The notes: generated by a model from the sequence alone, not told the origin. 64,000 nucleotides of DNA from a bacterium (GCA_029565675.1 JAKQNP010000003.1:1294-65293), one strand, 5' to 3'; counted from the first letter of the stretch, positions 26,249 through 35,378 are shown. Translations and numbers: made by a program.

Positions 26249-27525
26249 TGTTCCTCCAATGCCTCGCGCGCTTTTTCCGCTGCTTCGTTCCATGCCTGCC
26301 TGGGATCCATCTCACCTGCAATCGCTTTCAACCCATAGGGGGCGATGACGTTGCGCACGATCCAGATCATCTGCGGATGCGGCGGCCATGGACGGGCAAT
26401 CGTGAGTTCATGTTGGTAAAGAGGCAGGTCCGGAATTTGTTGCGCCCGTTCGCTGTTCAAAGCCTCGTGAGTGACCGCCAGTGCACCAAAGTCCTGTTCG
26501 ATCCAGGCCATATCCGCCTCTGGATTGCGGATGAACTTGGTGTATTCCCAGGCTTCTTGCAGATGTTTGGAATCCATGTTGATCGCTTCCATGACCATGT
26601 CCTGCAGGGTGGGCAGACTGTCCGCTTGGGCCAGCAGATGATCCGGCACCGGAATCGCCACGGTGTAGAGGTCTTTACCCGGCGATTTTACACCCACCAA
26701 CCAACGAAACCAGGGGCCTTCGATGCTCATGCCGACCTTGTTGTTCGAAAAGAGATCGTTGATCTCGGAATGTGTATAGGCCAAAAAACCGGGGGTGATC
26801 GAACCGTCGATCTGATGCATGTCGACAAACAGCTGGAGAGCTGAAAAAGCCGCCTCGCTGTCGAACAACACCTCGGTCAAATCGTCGGAGAGAAAATCTG
26901 CGCCGGCTTTAAAGATAAAAGGAGCCAGGCGATAGGCAAACCCGCCGCGATCGCCGCCCATGATCACAAGACCCCATTGGTCGACTTCGCCGTCCCCATC
27001 GGTATCGCGAGTCAGTTCTTTTGCCACCCGGCGAAACTCCGACCAGGTGCGCGGTGGTTGCAGTCCATAGCGATCGAACAAATCGCGGTTGCAGCTCAAA
27101 ACAAAAGCAATGGCCGAGTTGGGCAGGCCGTAATAATGTCCCTTGTAGCAGGTTGCATCGATGGCATACGGTTCATACCAGCTCTTCACTTCTGCAAAAT
27201 CAGGGAATTGATCGATGGGATAGAAAAAACCGTTTTCGCCAAATTCAGCGGCGTAATTGGCATGCACCCGCATGACGTCCGGGCCGGTGCCGCAGACGAA
27301 ATTGGTATAGAGCAGCTCGCGGATCATGTTCCAGCTTTTTAAACTGACTTCTACTCGCACATTCGGATGCAGCTGCATGAACTGTTCAGTGCGGTCGCGC
27401 AGCCAGCCATTCATATCACCTGACCCGCCGAAAGCCCAGTAGCGCAGGGTGATGGTACCTTCAGATTTGCTGCACGACAACCACAAGAATGCTGCCACCA
27501 ACAGCACAGCGAACATCTTTTTCAT
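26245..27525 (-). CDS. ABC transporter sugar-binding lipoprotein (family 1 solute-binding protein)
   Basis: Track ORF 26245..27543. The ATG at 27525 has GGAG 6 nt upstream. Lipobox FLWLSC. The sequence is typical of CUT1 binding proteins. Confidence 0.85.
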   Translation of the reverse strand: MKKMFAVLLVAAFLWLSCSKSEGTITLRYWAFGGSGDMNGWLRDRTEQFMQLHPNVRVEVSLKSWNMIRELLYTNFVCGTGPDVMRVHANYAAEFGENGFFYPIDQFPDFAEVKSWYEPYAIDATCYKGHYYGLPNSAIAFVLSCNRDLFDRYGLQPPRTWSEFRRVAKELTRDTDGDGEVDQWGLVIMGGDRGGFAYRLAPFIFKAGADFLSDDLTEVLFDSEAAFSALQLFVDMHQIDGSITPGFLAYTHSEINDLFSNNKVGMSIEGPWFRWLVGVKSPGKDLYTVAIPVPDHLLAQADSLPTLQDMVMEAINMDSKHLQEAWEYTKFIRNPEADMAWIEQDFGALAVTHEALNSERAQQIPDLPLYQHELTIARPWPPHPQMIWIVRNVIAPYGLKAIAGEMDPRQAWNEAAEKAREALEEQ

Positions 27526-27712
27526 GCGCAACTCCATTTTCATCCAAATCCAATACTTTCAAATCAAGAGTCTCTCAGTTCGAAGTGCTGAGTCTCTTCC
27601 GATGTGTCCCACGAAGATAATGGCTAATAACCCGAAAAAGGTGTAACCTCAGAGATCAAACCCGAGATGCTCTTCAAATCCGAAATCCGACCTTCGAAAT
27701 CCAAAATGCTTT

Positions 27713-28798
27713 TTATTGTCGGGCTGCCTGGACAAAGGCGATAAAATTCTCCGGCGGTGTGCCGGGCAAAACACCATCGGCAGTCGATACGATATGCGGA
27801 AATCCGCGGGTCTCCTCGATAATGCGGCGGGTGGCTTGTTCCACCTGTTCCGGAGTGCCGTCGCGCAGCAGGGTCAGACTCAGATTGCCTTTGCTGCAAA
27901 TTCGGCGATCAAGAGCTTGTCGCGATTCTCGCAGGTCGTTATCTCCTTCCGGCGGCGGCGCCACGGTCTCGATCACATCGGCTCCCAGGCTGTTCATGGT
28001 GCCGTCAAGAAACCACTGGCGGGTATCTCCGCAGTTGTGATACCAGAATAAGCCGCCCAGTTCATGGGTGCGAAAAGCCAACGCCTGAATATAGGGCAAA
28101 TCCATCTCTCTGAACAGCTCCGGCGATGTCATTTCCAGGCCGTAGCTGGAATCGCTCATAAAATCGATTCCCTCCTCGATCGCGATGTGGACAATGAAGA
28201 GAGAAGCGCGGAACAAGGCGTTCATACTCTGGCGAAAAGCCGCGGGATAATCATTCCAGTGGAAAAAGATCTCTTGCGGGTTGATCTGACTGCACAGCCA
28301 GGACGGATGGGGATGGCCGAGCACGATAACCCCGTCCTCTCCCACTCGCCGGCGGAATTCGCGGAAATAGGTGCGGATTTCCCCCTCGCGATCGGTGATC
28401 TGTTCGCACACCTGCACAACCCGCTGGTGATCTGCTTCGCTTTGCACCGGACAAGCCGTCTCTTCGTTCCATTGGCTGTCGCCCCTGGGTTTGCGATAAA
28501 CCCATTCCCCATCGGGCAAATCGATGACCCGTACCTCGGTTTTTTCGTCCGAGCGATCCGGATCACTTCGCCAGGGAAAAAGCAGAGACTCAAAGTCGGT
28601 CATGAACATCGGTTCGTAATCGAGTCGCCTTGCCAGGGTGATTTCGTCGGCAAAAGGATCACCGGCGATTGGTTCACCGAGCAACTGCAGAGCGCTGCAG
28701 ATTTCCTGGTGGTCGGGCAAAAAGGGCGAAACCACCTGCCGGTGGTGCTGTGGATCACGAACATAATGCAGAAATCGTTGTCGTGGAGATAAGGGCAT
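27713..28798 (-). CDS. uroporphyrinogen-decarboxylase (URO-D) fold family protein, function unknown
   Basis: Track ORF 27713..28879. Start moved to the ATG at 28798 (MPLSPRQRF). The C-terminal block KGNLSLTLLRDGTPEQVEQATRRIIEETRGFPHIVSTADGVLPGTPPENFIAFV is typical of the URO-D/MtaA-like TIM barrel. Confidence 0.7.
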   Translation of the reverse strand: MPLSPRQRFLHYVRDPQHHRQVVSPFLPDHQEICSALQLLGEPIAGDPFADEITLARRLDYEPMFMTDFESLLFPWRSDPDRSDEKTEVRVIDLPDGEWVYRKPRGDSQWNEETACPVQSEADHQRVVQVCEQITDREGEIRTYFREFRRRVGEDGVIVLGHPHPSWLCSQINPQEIFFHWNDYPAAFRQSMNALFRASLFIVHIAIEEGIDFMSDSSYGLEMTSPELFREMDLPYIQALAFRTHELGGLFWYHNCGDTRQWFLDGTMNSLGADVIETVAPPPEGDNDLRESRQALDRRICSKGNLSLTLLRDGTPEQVEQATRRIIEETRGFPHIVSTADGVLPGTPPENFIAFVQAARQ

Positions 28799-28905
28799 TG
28801 CTCCGCTCCGTTCTGATTCAGGTGTCCATTCTGCCGCATTCCGGCGCCAAGAATGGCGCAAACCAAACAGACCAGTCAATTGTTCAAGTGTTCAAAAGCT
28901 TTTAA

Positions 28906-28936
28906 TCCGGATTCCGTGCTGCGCACCAGAGCCGGG
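28906..28936. repeat. degenerate copy of the 29-bp palindrome family
   Basis: tccggattccgtgctgcgcaccagagccggg, between the GRE stop (29124) and the URO-D-like gene start (28798). Confidence 0.7.
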
Positions 28937-29123
28937 CAATAGACCATTTGCGGCTGATTTTTCGACAGCGGTTTTTCGTCTGACGACGCGGATGACAGGC
29001 CTTGACAGTGAACATCCGCATGCAGCAGGGCAAGCGATGAGCATGGTTCCGGACTCGCTGTAGGACTCGGAACACAGGATCCACGGCAGCCGGCTGAATT
29101 GATTGCCAGCAGTTGTTCGCCGG

Positions 29124-31370
29124 CTATTCCTGCAGAATTCGATCCACAACCATGCGGCGGAACTCGGGTGACAGGCTGCCGAAGTAGGCGCTGAATCCGG
29201 TGACGCGCACCACCAAATCGGGATATCGGTTGGGATCTTTATCGGCAGCGAGGATTTTTTGCTTGTCCACAATGTTCAAATTGATTTGGGTGCCACCGAG
29301 TTCAAAATGGGTGCGAATATAGCCGACGATCAGCTGTACGCCGTTTTCCAGGCGCACAGTCCCGGGATCCAGTTCGATCTGCAGCGGAGCCGTGTTGCCG
29401 TACCCCGGTTGCACCACGGCCACGATGTTCGCCAGGGCGGTAGGGGCGCCGTCCTTGCGGAATCCGGGATCGGGATTGGGCCCGTGCGAAATGGGCGCTT
29501 TGGCGAACCTGCCGTTTGGGGTAGCGCCCACATCCAGGCCGTAGAGAATATTGGCTGCCCAGGAAAAGATGCCGGGAATCATGTTGAAACCATGAGGTGT
29601 CGGTTTTTCCTTGACCAGGTCGGTGAAGAGCTGAGCGATGCGGATGCCCCAGTCATCGGCAGGGGTGCCGCCATGGCCATAGCGCGGCACACTGCGCATC
29701 ATCAGCCGCACTCTTTCGCCTTCACCGCCCGACCAATTTGCATCCAACGTCTCTTTCAGTTTTTTCCAGCTCAGCCGCTTTTCGCGGTCAAGGCGCTGTT
29801 CCAGGGCAGCAAAAGAATCGGCGACCGTGGCGAGTCCGGCAGCGTCGAGGCAGAGGTTGTAAAACTCTACTCCGCCGTGGCTTGCGTCGCGACCGCGTTC
29901 GATCGGACCATGGCAGAGCAAGTCCAGGTGCAATTCAGGAAAATCGTTATACATATGATCGAGATGAAAATCCATGCACTCGGCGGTCGCCTGCACGGCG
30001 CAGCGCAGATGTTTTTCATAGCATGCAAACAGGTTTTCAGCGCTGGGCTCGACATTTTCGTCGCTTAAAAAATCGTTCAGCGCCGTTTCAAAGACGGCAG
30101 CCAGATTGATCTTGACGCAGTCGTTCATCGTATACTCACGGCCTGGAATGGCGCACCAGTGGCAGCCAGAGTAGATGCGCTGCCGACCGAGTTCGATCGG
30201 ATACCCGTTGCGGGTGAATCCTTCGCTGGTGTTGTCGACGCCGAGAAATTTCGGCATTCCGGCGTGGTCGGCGAACTGAATTTCCACTCCGCGGCGCAAC
30301 AATTCCTCACTGCTGTTTTTTCCGACGCTGACGCCGATATTGGCCGGAATTTTCAAGCGATGCGCTGCCTCGAGCACGAGAAAAGAGAGCTCATTGGTCT
30401 GATCGACGCCGTTTTCGTCCGGACCGCCGAGCTGCATGTAGCTGGTATCCATCACCAGATAACTCGCAAGATGAAAGACTGCTTCTTCATCGGTCAACAT
30501 ATTTTTAAATTTGTCGCGCTGGTAAAAGGGATAGAGAAGCTGGTCGATGCGGCCGAGCGAACCGCCCATGTTGTACATCTTGCCGATGATCTGATACCAC
30601 AAAACCCACTGTAAACCTTCGCGAAAGGTTGCGGGTGGATCGGTCACCAGTTTGCGGTTAATCGCAGCGATCTCGATAAGATTTTGCCGCAACTGCGGAT
30701 TTTCTTCTTGTGCAGCCATGCGCGCGGCTTCGTCTCCGTGCCGACCGATCCAGTTCTGAATACCGAGCACCGTAGCTTCGAGCCCATCGTACAAGGCCTG
30801 CGCTTCATCGTCGACATTGATGGTGCGAAAGCGATGGATCTTGTCGAGTATTCCCCCCCAGCCCAGCGTCAATCCGATCGAGAGATCCTGACAAAAATGT
30901 TGAACTGCGCCGATGCCGGGAATCAATTTGTATTTTTTGATCTGCGGTTCAAGATGCGGATAAGCACAATCGGGATTCCAGGCTGGATTGCGATAGGACA
31001 TAAAATTTACCCGATAGGCGCCGGCAAGGGAGCTCATCGGATCGATATAAGTGGGGTGCAGTTCGAGCAGCCGGCGGAAATTGCTGCCGACAGCCCGCGG
31101 TCCAAATACCCCGCCGCTTGGATGGTTGCTTTGAATAGAATATTCCTTGAGCAAAATATCGGTTATCGGCACTCCCGAGCCGCTGATCGTCTGAATAGGC
31201 AAACGCGATTCCGGCTCCGGCAAGACCAATCCATGGTCATCGAAATCCATCGAGCCGATCGCTTCCCATTTTTCCTGGGTGTGTTTCAACTTGGTTTGAT
31301 ACAGCGAGGCGATGCGTTCGTCGAAAGTCAGGACTGTTCTGTGGCATTCCACTTCGCTAAGCTGGTGCAT
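29124..31370 (-). CDS. glycyl radical enzyme (PFL2-like), substrate unknown
   Basis: 748 aa. C-terminal glycyl-radical motif VVRVTGFSAYF, with the Gly725 codon at 29196-29198. Candidate thiyl loop SGCHWCAIPG at 30153-30167. It starts 13 nt after the activase stop. Confidence 0.9.
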   Translation of the reverse strand: MHQLSEVECHRTVLTFDERIASLYQTKLKHTQEKWEAIGSMDFDDHGLVLPEPESRLPIQTISGSGVPITDILLKEYSIQSNHPSGGVFGPRAVGSNFRRLLELHPTYIDPMSSLAGAYRVNFMSYRNPAWNPDCAYPHLEPQIKKYKLIPGIGAVQHFCQDLSIGLTLGWGGILDKIHRFRTINVDDEAQALYDGLEATVLGIQNWIGRHGDEAARMAAQEENPQLRQNLIEIAAINRKLVTDPPATFREGLQWVLWYQIIGKMYNMGGSLGRIDQLLYPFYQRDKFKNMLTDEEAVFHLASYLVMDTSYMQLGGPDENGVDQTNELSFLVLEAAHRLKIPANIGVSVGKNSSEELLRRGVEIQFADHAGMPKFLGVDNTSEGFTRNGYPIELGRQRIYSGCHWCAIPGREYTMNDCVKINLAAVFETALNDFLSDENVEPSAENLFACYEKHLRCAVQATAECMDFHLDHMYNDFPELHLDLLCHGPIERGRDASHGGVEFYNLCLDAAGLATVADSFAALEQRLDREKRLSWKKLKETLDANWSGGEGERVRLMMRSVPRYGHGGTPADDWGIRIAQLFTDLVKEKPTPHGFNMIPGIFSWAANILYGLDVGATPNGRFAKAPISHGPNPDPGFRKDGAPTALANIVAVVQPGYGNTAPLQIELDPGTVRLENGVQLIVGYIRTHFELGGTQINLNIVDKQKILAADKDPNRYPDLVVRVTGFSAYFGSLSPEFRRMVVDRILQE

Positions 31371-31382
31371 CTGCAGTGCCTT

Positions 31383-32291
31383 TCACAAAAAGTATTCTCG
31401 TTCTACCCGTTTGCGCAGTTCCTGCAACTGTGAAAGCGGCATCAACGGCAAAGCAGCCGCTCGATAAGCGCGTCCCAAAGATTTGTATTTGTCGCCGGCC
31501 AGCCGATGAAAAGCCAGCCATTCCCAACGCAGTTCGGCGGCAATTCCCGCCCGTGTGCGCATCTGTTTCAATTCAGTGACGAAACCGGCCAGGGCCAGAA
31601 GTTCTTCGCCATCATTGACCGTCGGAATCACAGGTGTGCGAAACTCGATCGGTAGTTCCTGTTGTGCCAATAGACGCGCATTTTGCAGGATCCGTTCGTT
31701 GGGCCTGCCGACGGCGGCCCGATGGCGATCAGAATCGAGGAGTTTGAGATCCATCAGGATCAAATCTGTATAGGGCAAAATGGTTTCAATCTGCCGCCAG
31801 GGAACGTCGCCGCAGGTTTCCACTGCGGTGTGGATGGCGTGTTCCTTGCAGGACTGGAGAATGGCACGGGAAAAAGCCGCCTGCATCAAAGGCTCGCCGC
31901 CGGAAAGGGTCACCCCGCCGCCGCGGCTGTAAAAGGCTTGATCCCGCAACACTTCCTGCATAACCTCTTCCACAGACAGAGTCAGGCCGGCGATTTCGAG
32001 AGCACCGCTGAAACATTCCTGCACGCATTTGCCGCAAGCTGTGCAGTTTTGCCGCTGCAGAATGTGTTGGTCAGTTTCCATGAGATGAACGCCATTGGGA
32101 CAGCATTGCAGGCAGGCGCCACAACCAATACATTTATCAGGATTGTAGAGCAACTCTGATGAAACAGAGATCCCTTCAGGATTATGGCACCAAAAACAGG
32201 AAAGCGGACATCCTTTGAGAAAAACCGTGGTGCGTATGCCGGGACCGTCGTGAATCGAAAACCGTTGGATGTGAAAAATTTTTCCCGTCAC
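31383..32291 (-). CDS. glycyl-radical enzyme activating protein (radical SAM)
   Basis: N-terminal CPLSCFWC (CX3CX2C) at 32187-32210. Two ferredoxin-like clusters, CIGCGACLQCCP and CTACGKCVQEC. DGPGIRT motif. Confidence 0.9.
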   Translation of the reverse strand: MTGKIFHIQRFSIHDGPGIRTTVFLKGCPLSCFWCHNPEGISVSSELLYNPDKCIGCGACLQCCPNGVHLMETDQHILQRQNCTACGKCVQECFSGALEIAGLTLSVEEVMQEVLRDQAFYSRGGGVTLSGGEPLMQAAFSRAILQSCKEHAIHTAVETCGDVPWRQIETILPYTDLILMDLKLLDSDRHRAAVGRPNERILQNARLLAQQELPIEFRTPVIPTVNDGEELLALAGFVTELKQMRTRAGIAAELRWEWLAFHRLAGDKYKSLGRAYRAAALPLMPLSQLQELRKRVEREYFL

Positions 32292-32393
32292 CCAAAAACT
32301 CCGGTATGAAAGATACTGGGCAGCTAATAAAATCCCGTTCAGTGCGGTGTTCCGAGTTGCGCGGCCCGGAAGCAGAATAAAAACATTCAGATT

Positions 32394-32421
32394 ATTATAA
32401 CAAAATTTATCACAAACACAA
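32394..32421 (-). promoter_or_regulatory. candidate sigma70-type promoter for the activase-GRE operon
   Basis: The minus strand reads TTGTGT, a 16-nt spacer, then TATAAT, about 100 nt upstream of the activase start. The promoter consensus of this lineage is unknown. Confidence 0.3.
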
Positions 32422-32459
32422 GAGAAATGAGTAGTGAAAATTCTGCCCTTAGCTTCTTA

Positions 32460-33950
32460 TCAGTGCGGATTGGTCTGAACCTTGTCAGGGGGAGGAGCAC
32501 CCTGAATTAATTTATTGGCCATTCGCAGCGCACGGTCGGCGTAATCAAAGGTGCGCCGGGTCAGGGCCCGCCGGCGTTCTGCGGCATCGCTGCCGAGCCG
32601 GGCTTCGAATTCGCTCTGGCTTTTCAGTGCATCTTCCTCTAAAACTCGCCAGGCGTTGCGCACAAACGGCAGACGGGCAAAATAGTCTTGATCCACCCGG
32701 TCGCACAACCGCGAGAAAACGAAATAACTGAAATCCGCTCCGCGAGATCGGCGCAAGCTATCGCCGCTGAAATGCAGTTCCAGGGCTTCTCGAGGATCGT
32801 TCATGGTATAGGCGGCCGGCAGGCTGTCCAGATGCACCGTCCAGGGAATGAAGGCTTGTACATCAGGGCGCCGCGGAGCGATCCAGATGACCGCACCGAG
32901 ATCATCCGGCACCTGTCGTCGCAACTGGGCGATCAACCCATACTGAGTCGTGTGGTTGCAGATGGGATGGCCGTTGAGCTCGTGCGGATTGCCGAGGCGG
33001 TAGGACTGGCTGGAGTCGAGGTCAGTGTCTTCATAATGGTCGCGCAAAACCCGCATCAGATCACCCGGCGTCAATAGCTTTTTCGGCCGAAAAGAAAAAG
33101 GCAACGGTTCCTGTCGACCAACGGGTTCAGCAGCGAGCAGGTTGACCGCCGACCACATGCGCAGATGGTTTGTTGGTGTGGCCAGAGCTCTGGGATCGGA
33201 ATAGGCATAGGAAAAATGGAACAGACCGTCCTTTTCAGAATCATACCAGCCCCGCTGTTCGGCATAGTCCATCAAATCCGATGAACCGAGAAAATGGGTG
33301 GTATCGCTTAAATCGATATAACCCAATGTATAGTGGTTCGGAATCACCGCCACGTGATCGTTCGGTACACGCGCGGCCGCCCAGTGTTTTCCCTGCACGA
33401 CCGCCAACATCCAGCCCTCATCGCGATCGGCGATGATGTAGGTGCGACCTGAGGAGTCATAGCCATAGGTTTCGATCCAGTGGCCGGCCAACTGAACCGC
33501 ATGTCTGGCACTGTGCGCCCGTTCGGCCAGCAAACGGCGCAACCAAAAGGAAATTCCGCCGTTTTCAATTTCCCCGTCTGTTTCGCGCGATGGACAGGCG
33601 TTCGAAACAATCGAGACGGCATGACAATTGACATAGCTGTCGGAGAACAACATGCCGGGCATTTGCAGCCACAAATAGCCGGCCGTCGTTGGATCAGGAG
33701 CAACCAAACCGCCCTTGAGCAACCGAATCGGTTCATCGGTTATCTCCTGGATTGCAGGTTGAAGATGGAGAATCACCACCTGCTCGCCGGAATCGTCCTC
33801 GTTGTGCGCGAGCAAGACCGCACCATCTGCTGTTGTGTTGCGGCCGGCCACTATCGAAAAACAGCCGGAAGTTTGAGCAACGAGCGATTGTGCAAGGCCG
33901 ACGAAAAAAAAGATGGCCAAGGAAAAAAAGAATAAAATCTGTCTGCGCAT
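32460..33950 (-). CDS. peptidase family C69 dipeptidase, secreted
   Basis: Track ORF 32460..33965. The ATG at 33950 gives a signal peptide. The mature N-terminus CFSIVAGRNTTADGAVLLAHNEDD carries the C69 nucleophile Cys context. Confidence 0.85.
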   Translation of the reverse strand: MRRQILFFFSLAIFFFVGLAQSLVAQTSGCFSIVAGRNTTADGAVLLAHNEDDSGEQVVILHLQPAIQEITDEPIRLLKGGLVAPDPTTAGYLWLQMPGMLFSDSYVNCHAVSIVSNACPSRETDGEIENGGISFWLRRLLAERAHSARHAVQLAGHWIETYGYDSSGRTYIIADRDEGWMLAVVQGKHWAAARVPNDHVAVIPNHYTLGYIDLSDTTHFLGSSDLMDYAEQRGWYDSEKDGLFHFSYAYSDPRALATPTNHLRMWSAVNLLAAEPVGRQEPLPFSFRPKKLLTPGDLMRVLRDHYEDTDLDSSQSYRLGNPHELNGHPICNHTTQYGLIAQLRRQVPDDLGAVIWIAPRRPDVQAFIPWTVHLDSLPAAYTMNDPREALELHFSGDSLRRSRGADFSYFVFSRLCDRVDQDYFARLPFVRNAWRVLEEDALKSQSEFEARLGSDAAERRRALTRRTFDYADRALRMANKLIQGAPPPDKVQTNPH

Positions 33951-34036
33951 ATTTCGACCCTCCAAAAAGGGAACCGTTTGTCCAGAAATCTAAACTTTCC
34001 GTCGGAAAAAGCAAACAGGAGTTATGCGCTGCCGCC

Positions 34037-35044
34037 TCAATCCTTGGTCTTTGGCGGTCTATTGTATCCCTTTTCACCATACGGCGACAATTTGTTCAAC
34101 CACAACTCTTCCAACAGCTTGAGTTCTTCTTCAGCCCGCGACCGATCCCCGTCGATCACCTCTATCTTGTCGAGAATCTCGAAATCGAATTGATCCTCTC
34201 CCAGGCGATTGAAATCGGCTTGCAGTTCTGCATTGGGAAACGAGTTGAAACGCAATTGCGCTCGCACGCGATTGAGAATGGCGTTTAGATTGGGGTAGCT
34301 GCCGATCAACACCTTGCCGTTCTGGCGGTTGCGCACACAGTAGATTCCCATTGGTATCTTCATCTCTTTGTACGATCGTTTGAGTGCAGATCGATCGGTC
34401 ATCTCTGTATCCTTTCCTGCTTGAGCAGCGTAATCGCTTGCTGAACTCTCTTTGCTCTCTTTTTGTTCGGGTGGCTGGGGTTGGCCGTCGACCAGCCAAT
34501 AGCTGCCATCTCTCCGTGCCATCAAACCCTCATCGATCAACAGACGGCGCAAAGTGCAATAGTCGTCAGAATAGATCCCCAATCTGCGGTTGATCTCCTC
34601 CTCGGAATAGCTGCGCTCGGGATGAAATTCTTGCAGCAAACTCTGCAGCACAATGAGCCGCTTTTTCTTCTGCACCGGGATTTTGTGCAATCGGCCATCC
34701 GGCATAAACGTGTTGAGTACGGCAGAGCGAAAGTGCGCCATTCTTTTGGCCTGGATCTCTTCATCCCCGCTTTCGCCCGCCAGCAGATCTTGCAAAGAGG
34801 TTCGCATCGCCGCGCTGTTGAGCTGATAAACTGTATAGTACTGTTCACGCTTGGCAATCACCAAACCCGCTTTGGCCAACTTTTTGAGGTGAAAAGAAAC
34901 AGTCGAAACCGCCAAACCAAGGCGTTTGGCGATCTCCTCACCATATTGTTCGCCTTCGGCCAGCGTCCGAAGAATCCGCAACCGCGAGAGGTCAGCCAAT
35001 GCTTTGAACAGTTCGATCGAGCGATTGATTTCCACGCACACCAC
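34037..35044 (-). CDS. ArsR-type wHTH / DUF2087 / GIY-YIG nuclease-domain fusion protein
   Basis: Residues 1-95 are ArsR-like (LADLSRLRILRTL...STVSFHLKKLAKAGL). Residues 105-185 are DUF2087-like. Residues 228-335 have GIY-x10-LIG, a conserved Arg, FEILD and ELWLNKL...GYN, as in I-TevI-type GIY-YIG domains. The start could be the GTG at 35035, downstream of AGGTGG. Confidence 0.75.
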   Translation of the reverse strand: MVCVEINRSIELFKALADLSRLRILRTLAEGEQYGEEIAKRLGLAVSTVSFHLKKLAKAGLVIAKREQYYTVYQLNSAAMRTSLQDLLAGESGDEEIQAKRMAHFRSAVLNTFMPDGRLHKIPVQKKKRLIVLQSLLQEFHPERSYSEEEINRRLGIYSDDYCTLRRLLIDEGLMARRDGSYWLVDGQPQPPEQKESKESSASDYAAQAGKDTEMTDRSALKRSYKEMKIPMGIYCVRNRQNGKVLIGSYPNLNAILNRVRAQLRFNSFPNAELQADFNRLGEDQFDFEILDKIEVIDGDRSRAEEELKLLEELWLNKLSPYGEKGYNRPPKTKD

Positions 35045-35053
35045 CTTTTTTTA

Positions 35054-35125
35054 TTCGATTAATATCGAAACAAATATCGGCATTTTTGGGTAAAATGTCA
35101 ATCTTTTTCGATATCATTCGAATAT
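35054..35125. promoter_or_regulatory. cluster of TTCGATAT(T)-type boxes upstream of the ArsR-fusion gene (candidate operator)
   Basis: TTCGAT-taat-ATCGAA inverted repeat at 35054-35069. AATATCGG at 35073-35080. TTCGATATC at 35107-35115. TTCGAATAT at 35117-35125. Confidence 0.35.
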
Positions 35126-35351
35126 TTTTTGCGCCGGTATCAGAATAAGGAAACCAGGAATTTTAACAGCAAAGAGCCTTCATGGGCCGTGCGCCCGGTT
35201 TTTTGATCGCACGAGTTGAGAAGAGCTGCGATGGCAACCGAATCGCTGCACACCGGTTGTATGGTGTTGGGTGCAAGAAATTGCGCCGATCGACTTGTCG
35301 GTGGACTTTGAGTCACAATCAGGCTGTAATAGGCATCCAGGCTTTCTTCAA

Positions 35352-35378
35352 GATCCGGTGCTGCGCACCGAATCCGGG
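35352..35378. repeat. near-perfect copy of the 29-bp palindrome family
   Basis: gatccggtgctgcgcaccgaatccggg has one arm mismatch. It lies in the intergenic gap between the ArsR-fusion gene and clpP. Confidence 0.8.

Noticed and set aside
24567-27525. The ABC importer lacks an ATPase gene, which could mean a defective or unusual transporter.
   Set aside because: CUT1-type sugar importers commonly rely on a shared MsiK/MalK-type ATPase encoded elsewhere, so this is not anomalous.
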